Assembly: GCA_964016885.1 (NCBI GenBank) | Contig: OZ024742.1 | Span: forward strand, 259,780,001-259,844,000 | DNA: 64,000 bases | Reading direction: 5' to 3' | Source: Eledone cirrhosa | Lineage: Eukaryota | Shown: positions 41,830 to 57,760 of the stretch, piece after piece | How positions within the stretch are numbered: the first letter of the stretch is position 1 | How the letters are laid out: each line of letters begins with the position of its first letter | Program-made: the position numbers and the translations under genes | Notes under the pieces: model-generated | Told to the model about the DNA's origin: nothing | Databases searched by the model: none | Seen by the model: the letters and a program-made list of their open reading frames with translations, nothing else

Positions 41830-43747
41830 TGACACTTGCCCAAGCTATCACGCGGTGGAATTGAAACCGGCATCTAATGATTTCGAAGCGAATTTCCTAA
41901 CTATTTGGCTAAGTTGCGTCCATAAACTATCCTACAGGTACATAACAACCTACTTTACAATCAAAAATACATAAATACGCTCCCACAGTCCCTAAGCTTG
42001 TAGTTTAACAATTCCATCTATCGATGTTTTTTTGCCTTTATTTGGTAACAGAGATAAAACGTGAATAGAAAAGAAAATAAGAAACAAAATTACAAACAAA
42101 TTCCGTGGGAACGTACGAATGGTGTTTGCTTTTCAAAGCTGTTAATTTGACGATATTATTAATAATCCTTAGCAACGAACGATGAACTTTTTTACTGAGA
42201 TACAGTTGCTGTTTATCTCCCTGATGCCTCCATATTAAATCATTCCCTGAGAATTCTCCAGTTTGAAATCTTTCGTTTCCTTCCTCTGTAATAAACAACA
42301 TAGTGTACCAACCAACGGTAAAAAGTACAGCTATGTCTATCATTCTCCCCATATCACCCCACACACACATGCACACACAGATTCATATTATGTTCTTGTG
42401 TAAACGCAGTATGGCCGAATATTTAATGAATCCGCTTTGAAATGATTACATCCTGAGTTCAATCCCACTGCATGGAATCTTAAGCAAATTTCATTTCCAT
42501 AGTCTCCGGCTGACCCTCGCCTAGTGAATGAAAGTTAGGTAAATGGAAACTGTTTGAAAGCTGTTGTATCGATATTACCGAGGCTAAAATCTGGTTTATG
42601 TATGTATATGTGTATTAGTATTAGTATGTATGCATATGTGTGTATTTGTGTTAATATGTATGTATGTGTGTATAGAGTTTTATATATGTATGTATTATTT
42701 ATTTATTTATTCTTTATCTAGCTATTTGTATTTTCTTCCATGTTTCCTGCTTATTCATCTATTTAATAAATATCTAATCTATTTATTGTTTCTGGTGATA
42801 GATAGCAGAATGGATGTGCTTTTACAAGGCCAGTGAGATGAAGTTGCATAAATGACATCGAATAATTCTGCACATCGATAATTCTGCTCTCTAAAACGAT
42901 CGTAAAACAATGCATATGTATATATGTATATATGTATGTATATACACACTCAAACACACATTCACACATATACATACACACACACATTCACGCACACGTA
43001 CACATCCATACATAACAAAGTACTTGCGAAGTAGAGGCAAAACACCAAGTTCACTGTCTAATCGCATGATTATCCTCAGCCTATCAAATTATATTTTAGA
43101 CAGATACCAACTCGAGCCACTTGTTTGGCATAAATCTTAAAGAACCATGACATTCCCAATTTTTGGCGAACAATTAAAACAAAATTCGATGATCTTCCTC
43201 AACCTATCAAATTGCACTTCAAATATATAGCAATCTGAGTCGCGTTTTTTGCATAAAACTAAAAGAAGTTCTCAACAGCAGTTAGATGCGAGTTACAAGT
43301 CAACATAGCCAAACATCTCGCTATCTCTCTTAACTTTTGAAAATCACGAATTTCGTGAAACCGGTAAAGTTATAAGTTGTTAAAACATTCTTAAAAATTC
43401 CAATTTCATTTTCTAAATCTTTATCATATATTTGTACTCTTGTGGGATATATACAGAAAGAAAAACAACCTTATTTTCGAATATATATAAATGAGATTTT
43501 TTTAATACAAGCAGCAGAATATGAATGCCATAACATAACATAATTTGCTATTTAAATATATTTGTGCTTTTAACCTTTGCAATAAGATTCTGTATGAAGC
43601 TGAAATATCACATTAAGCTTCAAGATATCATCACCTTCACTTTCACACTGATAGAATTTTAAGGCTAGTTGCTTAGTGTGTGTTGCGGATGGCATGACGC
43701 AGAGAAAGGAATTATAAAGAGACTGCAAGAGATTAACTTATCGTGGC

Positions 43748-43796
<49 letters not shown>

Positions 43797-44180
43797 TATA
43801 TTCATTAATATAGATATATGTGGGTGTGAGCAGGTGCGTGTGTTGTGTGTTTGCATTATGTATGTATGTATGTATGTATGTATGTATGTATGTATGTATG
43901 TATGTATGTATGTATGTATGTATGTATGTATGTATGTATGTGTGTATGTATGTATACAGATATTAAGATAGACTGATGTGTATAAATCATATGTACAGAC
44001 ACGGAATAATGGTTTTCTATTTAAATTTGTGGCAGTTGAAAATTAGTGTGTGAGTGTGTGCGTGTGTAAGTGTGTGCGTGTGTAAGTGAGTGAGTGTCTG
44101 TATGGGAGATTGTACGTCTCTGGGTGATATCGTTTCAATCAAGACGTGAAATATAATACTCCAAACAAAGAAAACAATGA

Positions 44181-44269
<89 letters not shown>

Positions 44270-44677
44270 TATTTGTGTGTGTGTGTGCGCGCGTGTGCGT
44301 GTGTGTGTGTTTGTATGTGTGTACAAGCCTTTCTAATCTACTGAAACATACGTTAGCATATATATATATATATATATATATGTACATGAATTGATATGCA
44401 GATATATGTAAAAGATTATACATACATACATACATACATATGAATATTTATTGAAAAAAAAATACATATATATATATATACACACAGAAACAACAAGTAC
44501 GTTTGATTATAAAATGAGTTGCTTATTGACAGTTTTCAACATGATCAGATCAAAAAGAACGTTGGAGATCTCTTTAATATCAATGTTTTCAAAATCTTTA
44601 GAAAATCACGAGGCCCTACCTCTTAACAATCTCACATCTTTCATTATCATTTTGGTTCGATATCATTGCTTTCATTG

Positions 44678-44761
<84 letters not shown>

Positions 44762-44855
44762 ATATATATTATATATATAAAAATATATATATACACATAT
44801 ATATATATATTTATATATATATATATATTTATAATATATATATATAAATATATTC

Positions 44856-44965
<110 letters not shown>

Positions 44966-45232
44966 ATATGTGTATGTGTGGGGGGATGGGTGAAAGTGTG
45001 GGTGGGTGAGTGTGTGGGTGTGCGTACAAGTGTGTGTTTATTTATGTATGTATGTGTGTGTGCATGTATGAATGAATGAATGAATGAATGCATTTATGTA
45101 TGTCTATGTTTTTGTGTCTGTGTTTTCCTTTTCCTTTTCCTTTTATTTTCCGTCTATTAGATATTATTTCACATACATTTTTATTTAATTTCTTCAATTA
45201 CCTTAGCTTATTTATTATGTTGTGTGTGGGTG

Positions 45233-45269
<37 letters not shown>

Positions 45270-45729
45270 TGTGTGTGTGTAATATAATACAATATAATAT
45301 ATATAATGTGTGTATGTATGTGTCTTTGTACGTATGAGTGTATATGTATGTATGTGTCTATGTACGTATGAGTGTATGTGTATGTATATGCGTATGTATG
45401 TACGTATTTGCATATGTATGCATATATGTATGTATGTATGTATGAATGAATGTGTGTAAATTCTTCTGGTTTTACTTATAGAGAGAGAGCCGGTTTTAAC
45501 ATAGAAACAAAACTCTTTCTTTGGAATTTAAACAACATTAACTGAGTAAATATGAATGCATTTCCCTCTGTGTGTGAAGGTGGGGGTGTTATTGCAAGTG
45601 CTGATCTGTATATTTTGTGATATATGTCTACATATGCATATATTTCTGTATTTATGGATGTGTATATGCTGTTATTACATACTGAATTTCTGAAATGTTT
45701 TGCATATTTCTACAATTCCATTAATGGAG

Positions 45730-46400
45730 TGTAATTGCAATTTCCTGACTACACGTGCCCTTTCTAGTGCTGTGAAGCTCAGCTTCTCAAGATTTGTACT
45801 GAGACAATTAGTAACATATCCCAGAACCTCCATTTATCACAGGTACAAATCTAAAGCTACAGTCAGAGTTGAGTATCTGCAGATTCCTCATTAGTTCAGC
45901 ATAAATGTTTTCCTTTTCTGCTAATCTTTAGCATTATATTGACATCTGCTAGGCAGGTTATTTCCACTATTCTACATCTCTTCTTTTCCATGTCCCCTAT
46001 AACTATGGCTGGTCTGTTTTGTTTGTATTTTACTGGGGTTTTGACAGGAACATTCTACCAGTACTCTTTCGTATTATATATGCTTATGTCCGCAACATCA
46101 CTGTAAAGTTGTATATAATTATTCGCAATGCTATTCTTTGTGCCGATTGCGTTATATGCTGTTTTGGCCACTATATCACACCTCATACGTAGATAGTATC
46201 GTGATGACATCTTTGAACAGATTTTATGATGTGAGTGACATCGTCTATGTTTGTCCTGCAAAATCTGCATCTGTTGTCAATTCTAAACGTTTTGCCTGCA
46301 TCCCTCTCTATTTTGTGCATCGGGTATTTCGTTGTTATTTCCTGTTCTCGGATTGCAAAAACATATACTTGAGAGTAAGAGCCAATATAGCGATGGTTGT
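45730..46400 (-). mobile_element. Degenerate R4/Dong-like (restriction-like endonuclease) non-LTR fragment
   Basis: CCHC-like knuckle ...ICSKMSSRYYLRMRCDIVAKTAYNAI...EYW*NVPVKTP...NRPAIVI, followed by REL-like residues. Confidence 0.65.
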
Positions 46401-46437
46401 TCTAAGATAGACTAGTTTCCTTATCTATGTATATATG

Positions 46438-46471
<34 letters not shown>

Positions 46472-47156
46472 TGTATGTATGTATGTATGTATGTATGTAT
46501 GTATGTATGTATGTATGTATGTATGTATGTATGTGTGTGTGTGCGTGTATGTATGTATGTGTGTGCGTGTATGTATGTATGTGATTTTGGACACCCTGCA
46601 GGACAAAAAACAAAACCTGACAAAGGGTGAAAGAACTCATAAGAGTCAATGGCTATCCAAAAGTGTGTAAATATGTATATACACATGTACATATGTATGT
46701 ATATGTATATGTGTATATACATGGGTGCATGTGTGTGTATATGCGCGGGGACATATACACACACATGCACCCTAGGAGAAGGCAACTCAGGAAACTGGGA
46801 TAACTCGATATAAAACCTGCGGCTCAGTAGTTACCAATGATGTTGATCTTTTCTTCTTTTCAGGTTATAGCTACTGTCGCTCAGAGAGTGGGATTGGCTC
46901 AGTGCACAGTCTTTCGTCACTTTAAAAAATATCTTAACGCACAGGCATTGCACGGTAGAATTAATTATTAATAATGGTATATCGTGCAATGGCCATACTC
47001 GATAACGAGGGGCAGCCATCATGTGTATGTATATGTATTATGTATGTATTTCCTAATTTCAAATCATAATCTTCCTTCCATCAGCACTCTGCACAAACCT
47101 GACGTCAATCAGAGACACCCATACATACACACTCACATACTTACATGCATACATAC

Positions 47157-47187
<31 letters not shown>

Positions 47188-48552
47188 CATACATACATAC
47201 ATACATGCAATCATACATGCACACTCACATACATATATACATACATACATACATAAATGTAAAACATTCCAAAAATTCTGCATCTAATAACTGCATGTAC
47301 ACATGTATGGATACAAAACATGCACATCCACATATATAACTCAAGATATACACTTCCACACATACAATAACATCGATAACTGCACACACACGTACGCATG
47401 CACACCTGCATATACATCTACCTAGTTGATGGTGTGTAAATTCCAATGAGAGAGTCTTGTGTCTATGTTAGAAACTGACTCTCTCTCTATTGGTAAAAAT
47501 TTATAAAATTATAAAACCAGAAATACATACATGCATACATACATACATACATACATACATACATACATACATACATACATACATACATACATACATACAT
47601 GGTGGCTGCCAACTCGTTTTCGAGTACGGCCACTACTTTATATCCATGTAGGAGAACTCCTACCGTTGCGCTGAACGAGTGTGACTTTTTAGTCCAGCCA
47701 GCGACTTGAAAACTATGGTACAAACACTACACTTGTGACAATTATTGACACATAGTGCTGGGCCCTTGGTACCATATGATGATAAGTGCAGAGAGATCTC
47801 CAAATATAAAGCAATGCCTGTGCCGTGAAGCTTTTATAGTGAACAAAGGCACTGCACAAAGCCAGTCCCACTCCCTTAACCAAGATGATATTTACCAAAA
47901 AGAAGAACAAGTCAACATAATTGGATACCATCAGAGTTGCAGGTTTTATATCAGAGTTTTCCTTCTCCTAGAATTCTGCCTTGACAAAGGCTAAGGGGTC
48001 ATCTCTCCCGGTGATTTTGGATGGCCATTGACTCTTAAGAGCTCCTTTGCTCTTTGACAGGTTTTGTTTTTAGTCCTGCAGGATGTCCAAAGTCACCCTC
48101 CTCACCAAGAAACCTTGGTGGGGTTGCCAGTTTAGTCGCCAACGGCCCGACCATGAGACAGGTTGTACTGGGATACATGTTACCAGTAGCACCAACTGGT
48201 GACCTGACATAAACATGTTACATATATACATACATACATACATACATACATACATAAATACATACATACATACTGAGAGACACCATCTATATTTCACCAA
48301 TACTGCCTGAATACATAGGAAACCAGATTCTAGGACATCACAATCCTTAGAATTTGTTCATGATATCCCGAGTTAATATGGTGCTTAACACTCCATCGCC
48401 TTTTATTCTCTATATCTCAGTCCAGCCCACTTTAAACATTTACCGAGTCGATAGTAAAGATACTTGATCAATATGTCATGCAGTGGGATGAATTTACATG
48501 ACTGCATAATTAGGAAGCGAACTTTTTTATCGCTACGCCTCTCTGTCTATGC

Positions 48553-48633
<81 letters not shown>

Positions 48634-48658
48634 TGTGTCTGTGTCTGTGTGTGTGTGT

Positions 48659-48727
<69 letters not shown>

Positions 48728-49004
48728 CTGGGGCCCCGTCCGATCCGAAAAATGGATCAGTCTGTTCATTGAATAAAAGAGCAAGTTTCTGGGCATTCCC
48801 ATAGATACTTTTATCTTTAACCATTTAGCATTTAAACTGGTCGTATCCGGCCAGAATTCTCTCACCTTTTTGTTCAAACCGGCTGTAACAGACCACTTAT
48901 GTTGATGTTAAGGTATTGTTTTCAAAATAAATAATATAAAAATCTCATAGATTCGATATTATGTGAGATAATTACGTGAGGTAAATCCTTTACCGTGAAA
49001 ATAT

Positions 49005-49110
49005 AATTGTTTCTACTTTTTGGCACAAGGCCAGCAATTACCCAGTGCATTACTGGTACTTTATTTTATTGACCCCGTAAGGATGAAAGGCAAAGTTAAC
49101 CTCGGCGGGA
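49005..49110 (-). mobile_element. SINE family A, 3' part
   Basis: Family body. Confidence 0.8.
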
Positions 49111-49386
49111 TATATATAATAGTATATATAGAGTAAGGTAAATGCTAAAGTCTTATGGTAATTCTCAGAGATTTAGAGTGCAACGTATGATATGGCGGGT
49201 TCTTTAAATTATAGTTGCAACTCATTTTGGAGCAACATGAAATAGAGTGTCTTCCTCGGGAACACAAGAGGCCACCCGTATTCAACTTTCCTTCATTTCT
49301 GTTTTTCTTTGTTTTTCTTTTCTTTCTATGTTTCTTTTTCTTTCAAATCCCATTTTTATTGGATGGGTCTATTCATTATTTTGATA

Positions 49387-49578
49387 GGGTGGTGGATTGG
49401 CAGTATCGATAGAGATTCGGACGCCATGCATTGACGCATAAAGTTACGGCCCTTGCCATTCTGAGTTCAAATCCCGCCGAGGTTAACTTTGCCTTTCATC
49501 CTTACGGGGTCGATAAAATAAAGTACCAGTAATGCACTGGATAATTACTGGCCTTGTGCTAACAGTAGAAACAATTAT
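49387..49578 (+). mobile_element. SINE family A (full length)
   Basis: Head and body. Confidence 0.85.
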
Positions 49579-50834
49579 TTTAATAGTGTTGTCCTTGTTG
49601 TTCGTGTTGTTGTGGTGATGTTAATGATAGTCGGTGGGGTAATGATGACGGTGGTATTGACATCACGTTACTGTTCAGTGGAGGGGCATCAGCTGTTTGA
49701 GTAGAATGAAATCTCTTCGATTCTTCCAGAATTTTATATCAAATGATTACAATTTAAGATGCTCCTTAGCTATTACCAATATCGTTTACTACTGTCATTT
49801 GTTCTCTGTAGAAGCAGGCATGGGCAAACAGACCTGGGTTCGATCCCACTGCTTGGCATCTTTGACAAATGTCTTTACCATAGTTTCGAATCGACCCAAG
49901 CCTTGTGAGTGGAATTGAGTAAACGGAATTAGTAGAGACCCACCAGAAGGATTCTACCTGTAATTAGTAAGTCCAACCGGGTCACATATTTTGTTACATT
50001 GATTCTACTTCGGAATTACGTTAACGGTACACGTGTCTGAGGAATACGTAACCACTTACAGCATCATACAACAAGGACTGTACCTGTAGATCAAAGAGCC
50101 AATCTTGTCATATGTTTTCATATTGATTCGACTTGGGAATTAGGTTAATGATATAACACTTGTTTATTGGAATAGTCAAACACACGTTAACTCACGAGCA
50201 GTTAACCAAACGACTAAATGCTCATCGTTGAAATCAACGACGGATCCATCTTCATCATGCTTATATAGTACTAGCAGTGTATCCCGGCGTTGCACGAGTA
50301 AGAATATTGGTAATAGCACCTCCAATGAGAAACGTTTATTTGTGAGTGCCTGTTAAAAACTCACGAAAATATACCGACAGGAAACTTGTTTTATTTTGAA
50401 AAAATTAAGAAGTTGAAAGTACAGTTTAGCTGTCTACGTGCAATTGTTCATAGAAATATTGTTGAGCCCCTTCTTTTCATACTCCTCTGTTTTGGCCTAT
50501 TGGAATAAATGTGAAAGAGAAAGTCACAGGTTAAGTTGTCAGATGGTTCCAGTGTCATAGCAGTAAGGCGTTGGCTACTTACCTCAAAAGTTCATTCGCA
50601 CTCTTTCCACTAAGTTACTCTTTCTCTCTATCCCTCTCGGCGCAGTCCCTTGCGAATTTCTCGCATAGGCCTGGTGGAGATTTGCACCCGATCCATCTGC
50701 CCGATGCACATGTCCGCTTTGTACGGCTTTTTGAGAAAAGAGTGACCAGCAGTACGTTGTTCGGTATTTTTACGAAAAGGTGTAGCAGAGAATCCCGCGT
50801 GAACTAATAGCTCGGGAGGAAACTGCTTACCTCG

Positions 50835-51341
<507 letters not shown>

Positions 51342-51723
51342 ATATATGTGTATATATATGTGTATATATATATATGTGTGTATATATAAGTATATATGTA
51401 TATGTGTGTGTGTGTGTTTGTGTGTATGTGAATGTAGCGAAATAATACGTCAGCAATGACGTGTTCGTCAGAATGTCGTAATGCAGACAGCCAGACATAC
51501 AGACAGATATTATAAGGGCTCGACGGAGATCGATAACCGGCGCCTAACACCCCTTTAACAACAGAAAATTGAAAAATAAAAGCTGCAGTTAGTATCTTTA
51601 GACCGCAAGGAATATATAAATGCAAGTTTGAAGTCAATCGTAGTAGAAATGTGGATTTGTATAGACTTTGCAAAAATGAAGACACACAGACAACAGTTTT
51701 ATATATATGTATAGGTATAGATA

Positions 51724-51915
51724 ATAATTGTTTCTACTTTGGGCACAAGGCCAGCAATTATTCAGTGCATTACTGGTACTTTATTTTATCGACCCCGTAA
51801 GGATGAAAGGCAAAGTTAACCTCGGCGGGATTTGAACTCAGATCATACAGGGACGTAACTCTATGCTTCAAAGCATGGTGTCCGACTCTCTACCGATACT
51901 GCCAATCCACCGCCC
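51724..51915 (-). mobile_element. SINE family A (full length)
   Basis: Head and body. Confidence 0.85.
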
Positions 51916-53460
51916 TCATATAATATAATAATGAAGAGAAGGAGGAAAAATAGAGAGAGAGGAATGAGAGAAAGAAAGAAACGAAGAAGATTCAACTTGT
52001 AATTAAGTAGTTTAAAATACATAAATGCTGAGGTTGGCTTTCAAAAATTTAATAAAAATAAGTATGGGATTAAACAAATGTGCTAAGGGCATAATAACTA
52101 GAAAACTAGGAAACTCATATTAACTAAAACTTAGATCATTAAATCTGATACAGATACTAACATCAGAGGGTTCGACAGGAATCATTTTAAAGTAAATGAA
52201 ACTGATAAAACATACACATAGAAGTGAAGAAAATTAAAAAAGAGTATTACAGGAAAGTTGGACTAATATTAAATAAGGGATTCAATGCTAAAAATAAGAT
52301 GAAATGTATAAATGCATAGAAATTTCAGCTATAAACGACAGGAAGTTTATGTATATACATATATATGTCTGTATTTATGCAAGTGCGTGTGTGTATGAGT
52401 AAATGCGTGCGTATGTGTGTTTATGTGCATGTGAGTGTGTGTATTTGTGTGTACATGTGAGTGCGTCTATTTGAGTGCGTGTATGTGCGTGTGCGTTCTC
52501 ATTATTTCTCACTCAGAGAATCTAGGGCCGATAAATCAATAGTGATGTTTATTTGTGAATCCAGAAACCCGAAGAACTAGGGCAATAATAGTGTGTGTGT
52601 TTGTATGTGATAGTGTATGTGAGTATGTTTGTATGAGTGTTAATGAGAGAGAGCGTGTGTGTTGTGTCATGAGTATGTGTGTGTGAGTAATCCAGAATGT
52701 CCGAGAACTAGAGACCAAGCACAATAATAGATATATTTGCATGAATGACTGGTTTATACCAAACAACTCAAATGGATCGGAAGTTAACAAGGCAGACCTC
52801 ACTTCCCCCTTTTGCTGCGATGCTGACATACACATATATACCTCAGCAGTCACTCGCAATCGAGTGTGATTTGGTAGTATATAGTATGCTTTCACTAAGA
52901 GTTTTAGGTGCCCATTCAGTCGTGAGTAGACACAGACACCTTCCTGACAGTATTTCCCGTGACCCTGCAGAACCTTTAGGGTGTGATGATTGGAAGGAGA
53001 GAGGGTTTTCTTTATTAACACCGAAATGATGAAATGCAAAGCAGACCACGGTGTGATTTAAACGCAGCACAAAGAGTCCTCGAACAAATACTCAACGCTC
53101 TAACGGCTCTTCCAAGTCGTCCACCTTTATACATATATACCCTCATGCACGTACACAAACAATCAGACATATATATACATAACTACACATACAGGCACAC
53201 ACATGCACATATAAACATATACAAATAAACACACATAAATACATACGCATACAAATACTCATACATATAAGCACATATCTTCCTTTTTCTCACGTTTGAT
53301 TTCACTCCGTGTCGCGCTCTCTCTAGCTCTCTTATACACACATACACATGCACACACACATAATTATATGCATTTATAAATGTAAGGTCGTACGCACACA
53401 GCCGCAGGCTTTCTCAAAGAAATAGAGAGGAGTTAAGCGGGAGATAGAAAATGAAGCAAG

Positions 53461-53516
<56 letters not shown>

Positions 53517-53904
53517 GGGGAGAGAGAGAGAGCAATGTAGAATGAGGTAAAGGAGAGAAAGAAAGAAACGTACACACAATCATACGTCTGTAAACCTTTT
53601 ACTAGAGTGCGTTAGAAGAATATAGTTTGAAAAGGAAACATTAATCTTGTTAGCAAAAAGCTCTTTGAGTTTTTAAGACATTTTAAGCTACATGTATAAA
53701 ACCATCTGACTTTTTACGAACGTTATTTCATATCACAACAACAGTAGCAGCAGCAACACATAAACCCAGAAGCCATATTGAATGTTAAATATGCCTGCAC
53801 CTACTTACTACTTGTAACTAATATACTTATTGCCCACCTTTGAACTTTCCCTGTTTTTATTAGACCTGATTATACGCGAGAGCTTTGACCCCAATTTAGA
53901 TTTT

Positions 53905-54392
53905 TAGGTTTTAACTCTTTAACATCCTGCAATGCTTCTGCAGAATATATCATTAAGAAATGTATTGGTTAAATCAAACATTTCGAGCAGCTTTACTAGT
54001 GAACAGGTTGTTGTGAAAATTTGCAGTATTAGAGTATAGACTGTAATATTTAATGTAATGCGATCAATTCTGCTAGAAGTAATGATGCATATGACTAGTT
54101 GTTAATTAACTCTTAACAGCTTGTAATGATTTAGCAGAAAACATCTAAAAACGGGTTTGTTAATATTAATTTTATAGTGAACAGATTTTCGTGAAAATTT
54201 ACAATATTAACTCTTAATATCCTGTAATGATTTAGCAGATAGTATCTAGACAAGAGTTTGTTAATTCAAATGTTTATAGTGTCTTTATTGAGAGACAGAA
54301 ATCCTTGTGAACACTTACAATATTGATTAAAGACTTTAATGTTTAACTTTTAACACCCTGTAATGATTTAGCAGAATATTGGTTTGTTAAAT
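53905..54392. repeat. Diverged ~100-190-bp tandem repeat, 4 units
   Basis: AACTCTTAACA.CCTGTAATGATTTAGCAGAA recurs at ~53913, 54108, 54209 and 54345. Confidence 0.7.
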
Positions 54393-54480
54393 CAATGGCT
54401 CTTCCAGCGCATCTCCTTAACCATCCTCCGGGGAAACGCCTTCTCCATTCTGTCCGCCGGGTATGTGGGGCGGCCAGCAC
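54387..54480 (+). mobile_element. CRE/REL-type non-LTR retrotransposon, extreme 3' ORF fragment
   Basis: WLFQRISLTILRGNAFSILS matches the conserved FQRISxxxxRGNA terminus; local rise in GC. Confidence 0.65.
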
Positions 54481-55271
54481 GTGGGATCCCATTTGCTCAC
54501 TATACAGAGCATCTGTGTGTGTGTATGATATGTGTGTTTATATGGGGAGGGCGAGAGAGATGGGGGCGATGACGATGGGAGTTCGGCTCCGCCGTGTTCG
54601 GGCACATTTCAGCTCTTAAGAGTGAATTTTCATAACTGATATCTTTACTTGTGGACGGGTTTTGTGAAAATTAGACAAAAGACTATTTTTAAATGAGGTG
54701 CAGTCATATTGCTGTTCCTCCCCTGTATTTCATTTGGTCGGGTGTTAATGGCCAATATAATAGACCATTCTTTGTTTCGTGTCTTTTGTGTTTGTTGTGT
54801 ATATATATATACATGTGTGAGTATGTGAGTATATATACATGCGTATGACTGTGTGTACACACGTGTGTGTATGTGTATATATATATATATATGTGTGTGT
54901 GTGTGCGTATATGTTTGTTGTTTGTATATATATATATATACGTTTATTGTTTGTATATATACATACATGTGTTTTCTTTGTATGTGTATGTATGTATATG
55001 TGTGTATATATACATGCGTATGACTGTGTGTACATACGTGTGTGTATGTGTATATATATATATATATGTGTGTGCGTATATGTTTGTTGTTTGTATATAT
55101 ATATATATACGTTTATTGTTTGTATATATACATACATGTGTTTTCTTTGTATGTTTATGTATGTATATGTGTGTATATATACATATGTGTTTTTTTGTGT
55201 CTATGTATGTATATGTGTGTATATATACATGTGTGTGTATGTGTGTATCCTTCTCGTTATTATTACCATAT

Positions 55272-55566
55272 CAACTTTGCCTTTCATCCTTACGAGGTCG
55301 ATAAAATAAAGTACCAGTAATGTACTGGGTAATTGCTGGCCTTGTGCCAAAAGTAGAAACAATTATTACCATATCATCATTGGTGAATTGGCAGTATCGG
55401 TAGAGGGTTGGACGCCATGCTTTCTAGCATAGTTACGACCCTTTACAGTATGAGTTCAAATCCCGCCGTGGTTAAATTTGCCTTTCATCCTTACGGGGTC
55501 GATAAAATAAAGTACCAGTAATGTACTGGGTAATTGCTGGCCTTGTGCCTAAAGTAGAAACAATTA
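55272..55566 (+). mobile_element. SINE family A: partial copy followed by a full copy
   Basis: Bodies at 55272-55365 and 55381-55566. Confidence 0.85.
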
Positions 55567-56923
55567 TTATTAACGTTATTGTTGTTGTTGGAGTTTAGCC
55601 CTAGGTCATCTCAAATTGTGCTGACCAATGATAAAAAGTGTTCTGCGCCATTGTGTTAGAAATAGTGTATCTAGAAGCACATTATTCAATAAATCTTCCT
55701 TTGTCCCTTGTTTGGGACGATAGGGTGTGATTTGAATGTAATTTAGCTGTTATAAATGGCGTTAGAGAATCGAATTAAAAGTCTCGGTGTTTGTTCCGAC
55801 TCACTAAGCTCTAATTTTAAATATCTCATCCATGTCAATTTTGCCTTTCATACTTTCGTGGTCGATAAATAAAGTACCAGTTTAGAAGTTGCTCGGTTAG
55901 TGGAACACTTTGTAACATTTGATCCGGATGCTCTGCGCACTCTGAATTCAAATCTCACCCCTTTCTGTCAGGAGTTGCGACCGACAGAGGGCATCAACAA
56001 TGGAAAGACCAATAGAAATATTGTTTCCCTGGTCCGATCTGACCATCACCTCTCTTCCTTTGTTTAACTACTATTTCTATCAGATCGATGGTTGCATAAC
56101 ATACTGCCTTATTGACTTTATGTAGTTAGTTGTTCGGAAGCTATATTAACATTAACAAGTAATAAAGATCGATATTTTGAAGTAATTAAATCAATAAAAA
56201 TCAATTGGTGAAGTCAAGATCGATGAAGATCAGAAATGTATGTTAATATGCATATAGAAATACCAAGGAGGCGAATTGGTAGAGTGGTTAAAAGGTCGGC
56301 TAGAGTAAAGGACTCATGGTTTATTGGCAGTATAAACAACATCATATAGAGACTCCTTGAAATATATCTCCACCATAATCTATTTTCTCAGTCACAATAT
56401 AGGTCATAGGTCAAAGATAGGTTATCTATAGCCCTGATTATGTATGTATATATGTATATATGTGTATGTATATATGTTATGGATGTCTATATGTTATGCA
56501 TATATGTATATATATATTATGTATGTGTATATGTTATTATGTATACATATATATATATATATGTGTGTGTGTGTGGTATTTATATATGTATGTACGCATG
56601 TATGTACGCATGTATATATGCATGTATACATGTATGTATGTATGTATGTATGTATGTATGTATGTATGTATGTATGTATGTATATTTGTATGTACGTACG
56701 TATGTATGAATGTTTTGCTGTGTATGTTTTGCTATGAGATATATATAAGTAATGTGATTCTGTGTGAATTAGATTAACAAAGTGATAAATACGTTAATAT
56801 GCCAGAGGAACTCATAAAACAAGTACTTAACTCTGGATTCCTGGGGTTTTAATCGATTTAGAGATGTATATAGCTCTGAATATTCATGTCTGCTACTACA
56901 ACTACTACTACTACTACTACTAC

Positions 56924-56975
<52 letters not shown>

Positions 56976-57001
56976 CATAATTATACCACCACCATCACCA
57001 G

Positions 57002-57039
<38 letters not shown>

Positions 57040-57124
57040 TCTCTTCTTCATATTCTCCTCCCCATCTTCCTCATGGTTGGGTTTTTTTAAACAATACAGA
57101 ATAAACCTAAATCTATGGTGCTTG

Positions 57125-57440
57125 CAAGCAGCCGGATACCTCCTGCGACAAATTCCCCGATCTTAACGAACCGGGTATTTACTGCGATATATAGGAATCC
57201 ATCGATCTCCTCATCGAATACCTCTTGCAATAAATAGGAATTCCTCGATTTCAATGAACCGGATATCGCCTGCAGCTGTGATCAATTAGTATATCTTGGT
57301 TTTATGTAACCGGGTACCGCCTACAATACACAGAAATTCCTCGATCTTAAGTAACCGGGTACCTCCTGCGACGGATAAAAAAAATTCCTCGATTTCAATG
57401 AATCGGGTATCTCCTGTGACATATAGAAATTCCTTGATAT
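57125..57440. repeat. Diverged ~42-45-bp tandem repeat
   Basis: GAAATTCCTCGAT.T.AA.GAACCGGGTA.CTCCTGCGAC recurs about 7 times. Confidence 0.7.
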
Positions 57441-57494
57441 CTTCATATTATTGAGTGATTATTTATCTCGCCATCTTATCTAGTGAAGAGACAC

Positions 57495-57760
57495 AGCCTA
57501 GTGGTTAGTGTGTTAGTTTTACTATCATAATGCTATGGGTTCGATTCATAGATCGGTTGATGCCGTGTGTTCTTGAACAAAACACTTCACTTCTCTTTGC
57601 TCCAGTCCACTCAATTAAAGTGTGTACCCGTTGTAGCTGAGGGTTTAACGCTGCTATGGACTGGTGTCTTGTCCAGGGATGGGAGGAGTATTGTTCTTCC
57701 AGTGGCTTAACACCGGTGAAACCAGGGTATGTACCAGCCTAATGAGCCTCCCGGCTTGAG
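57495..57760 (+). mobile_element. SINE family B (diverged)
   Basis: Colinear with 34733-35000. Confidence 0.7.

Noticed and set aside
52536-53228. Host gene exon (ORFs 52536-53039 and 52745-53029)
   Set aside because: No recognisable domain, and the ORFs run into simple repeats; could be UTR or regulatory but cannot be supported.
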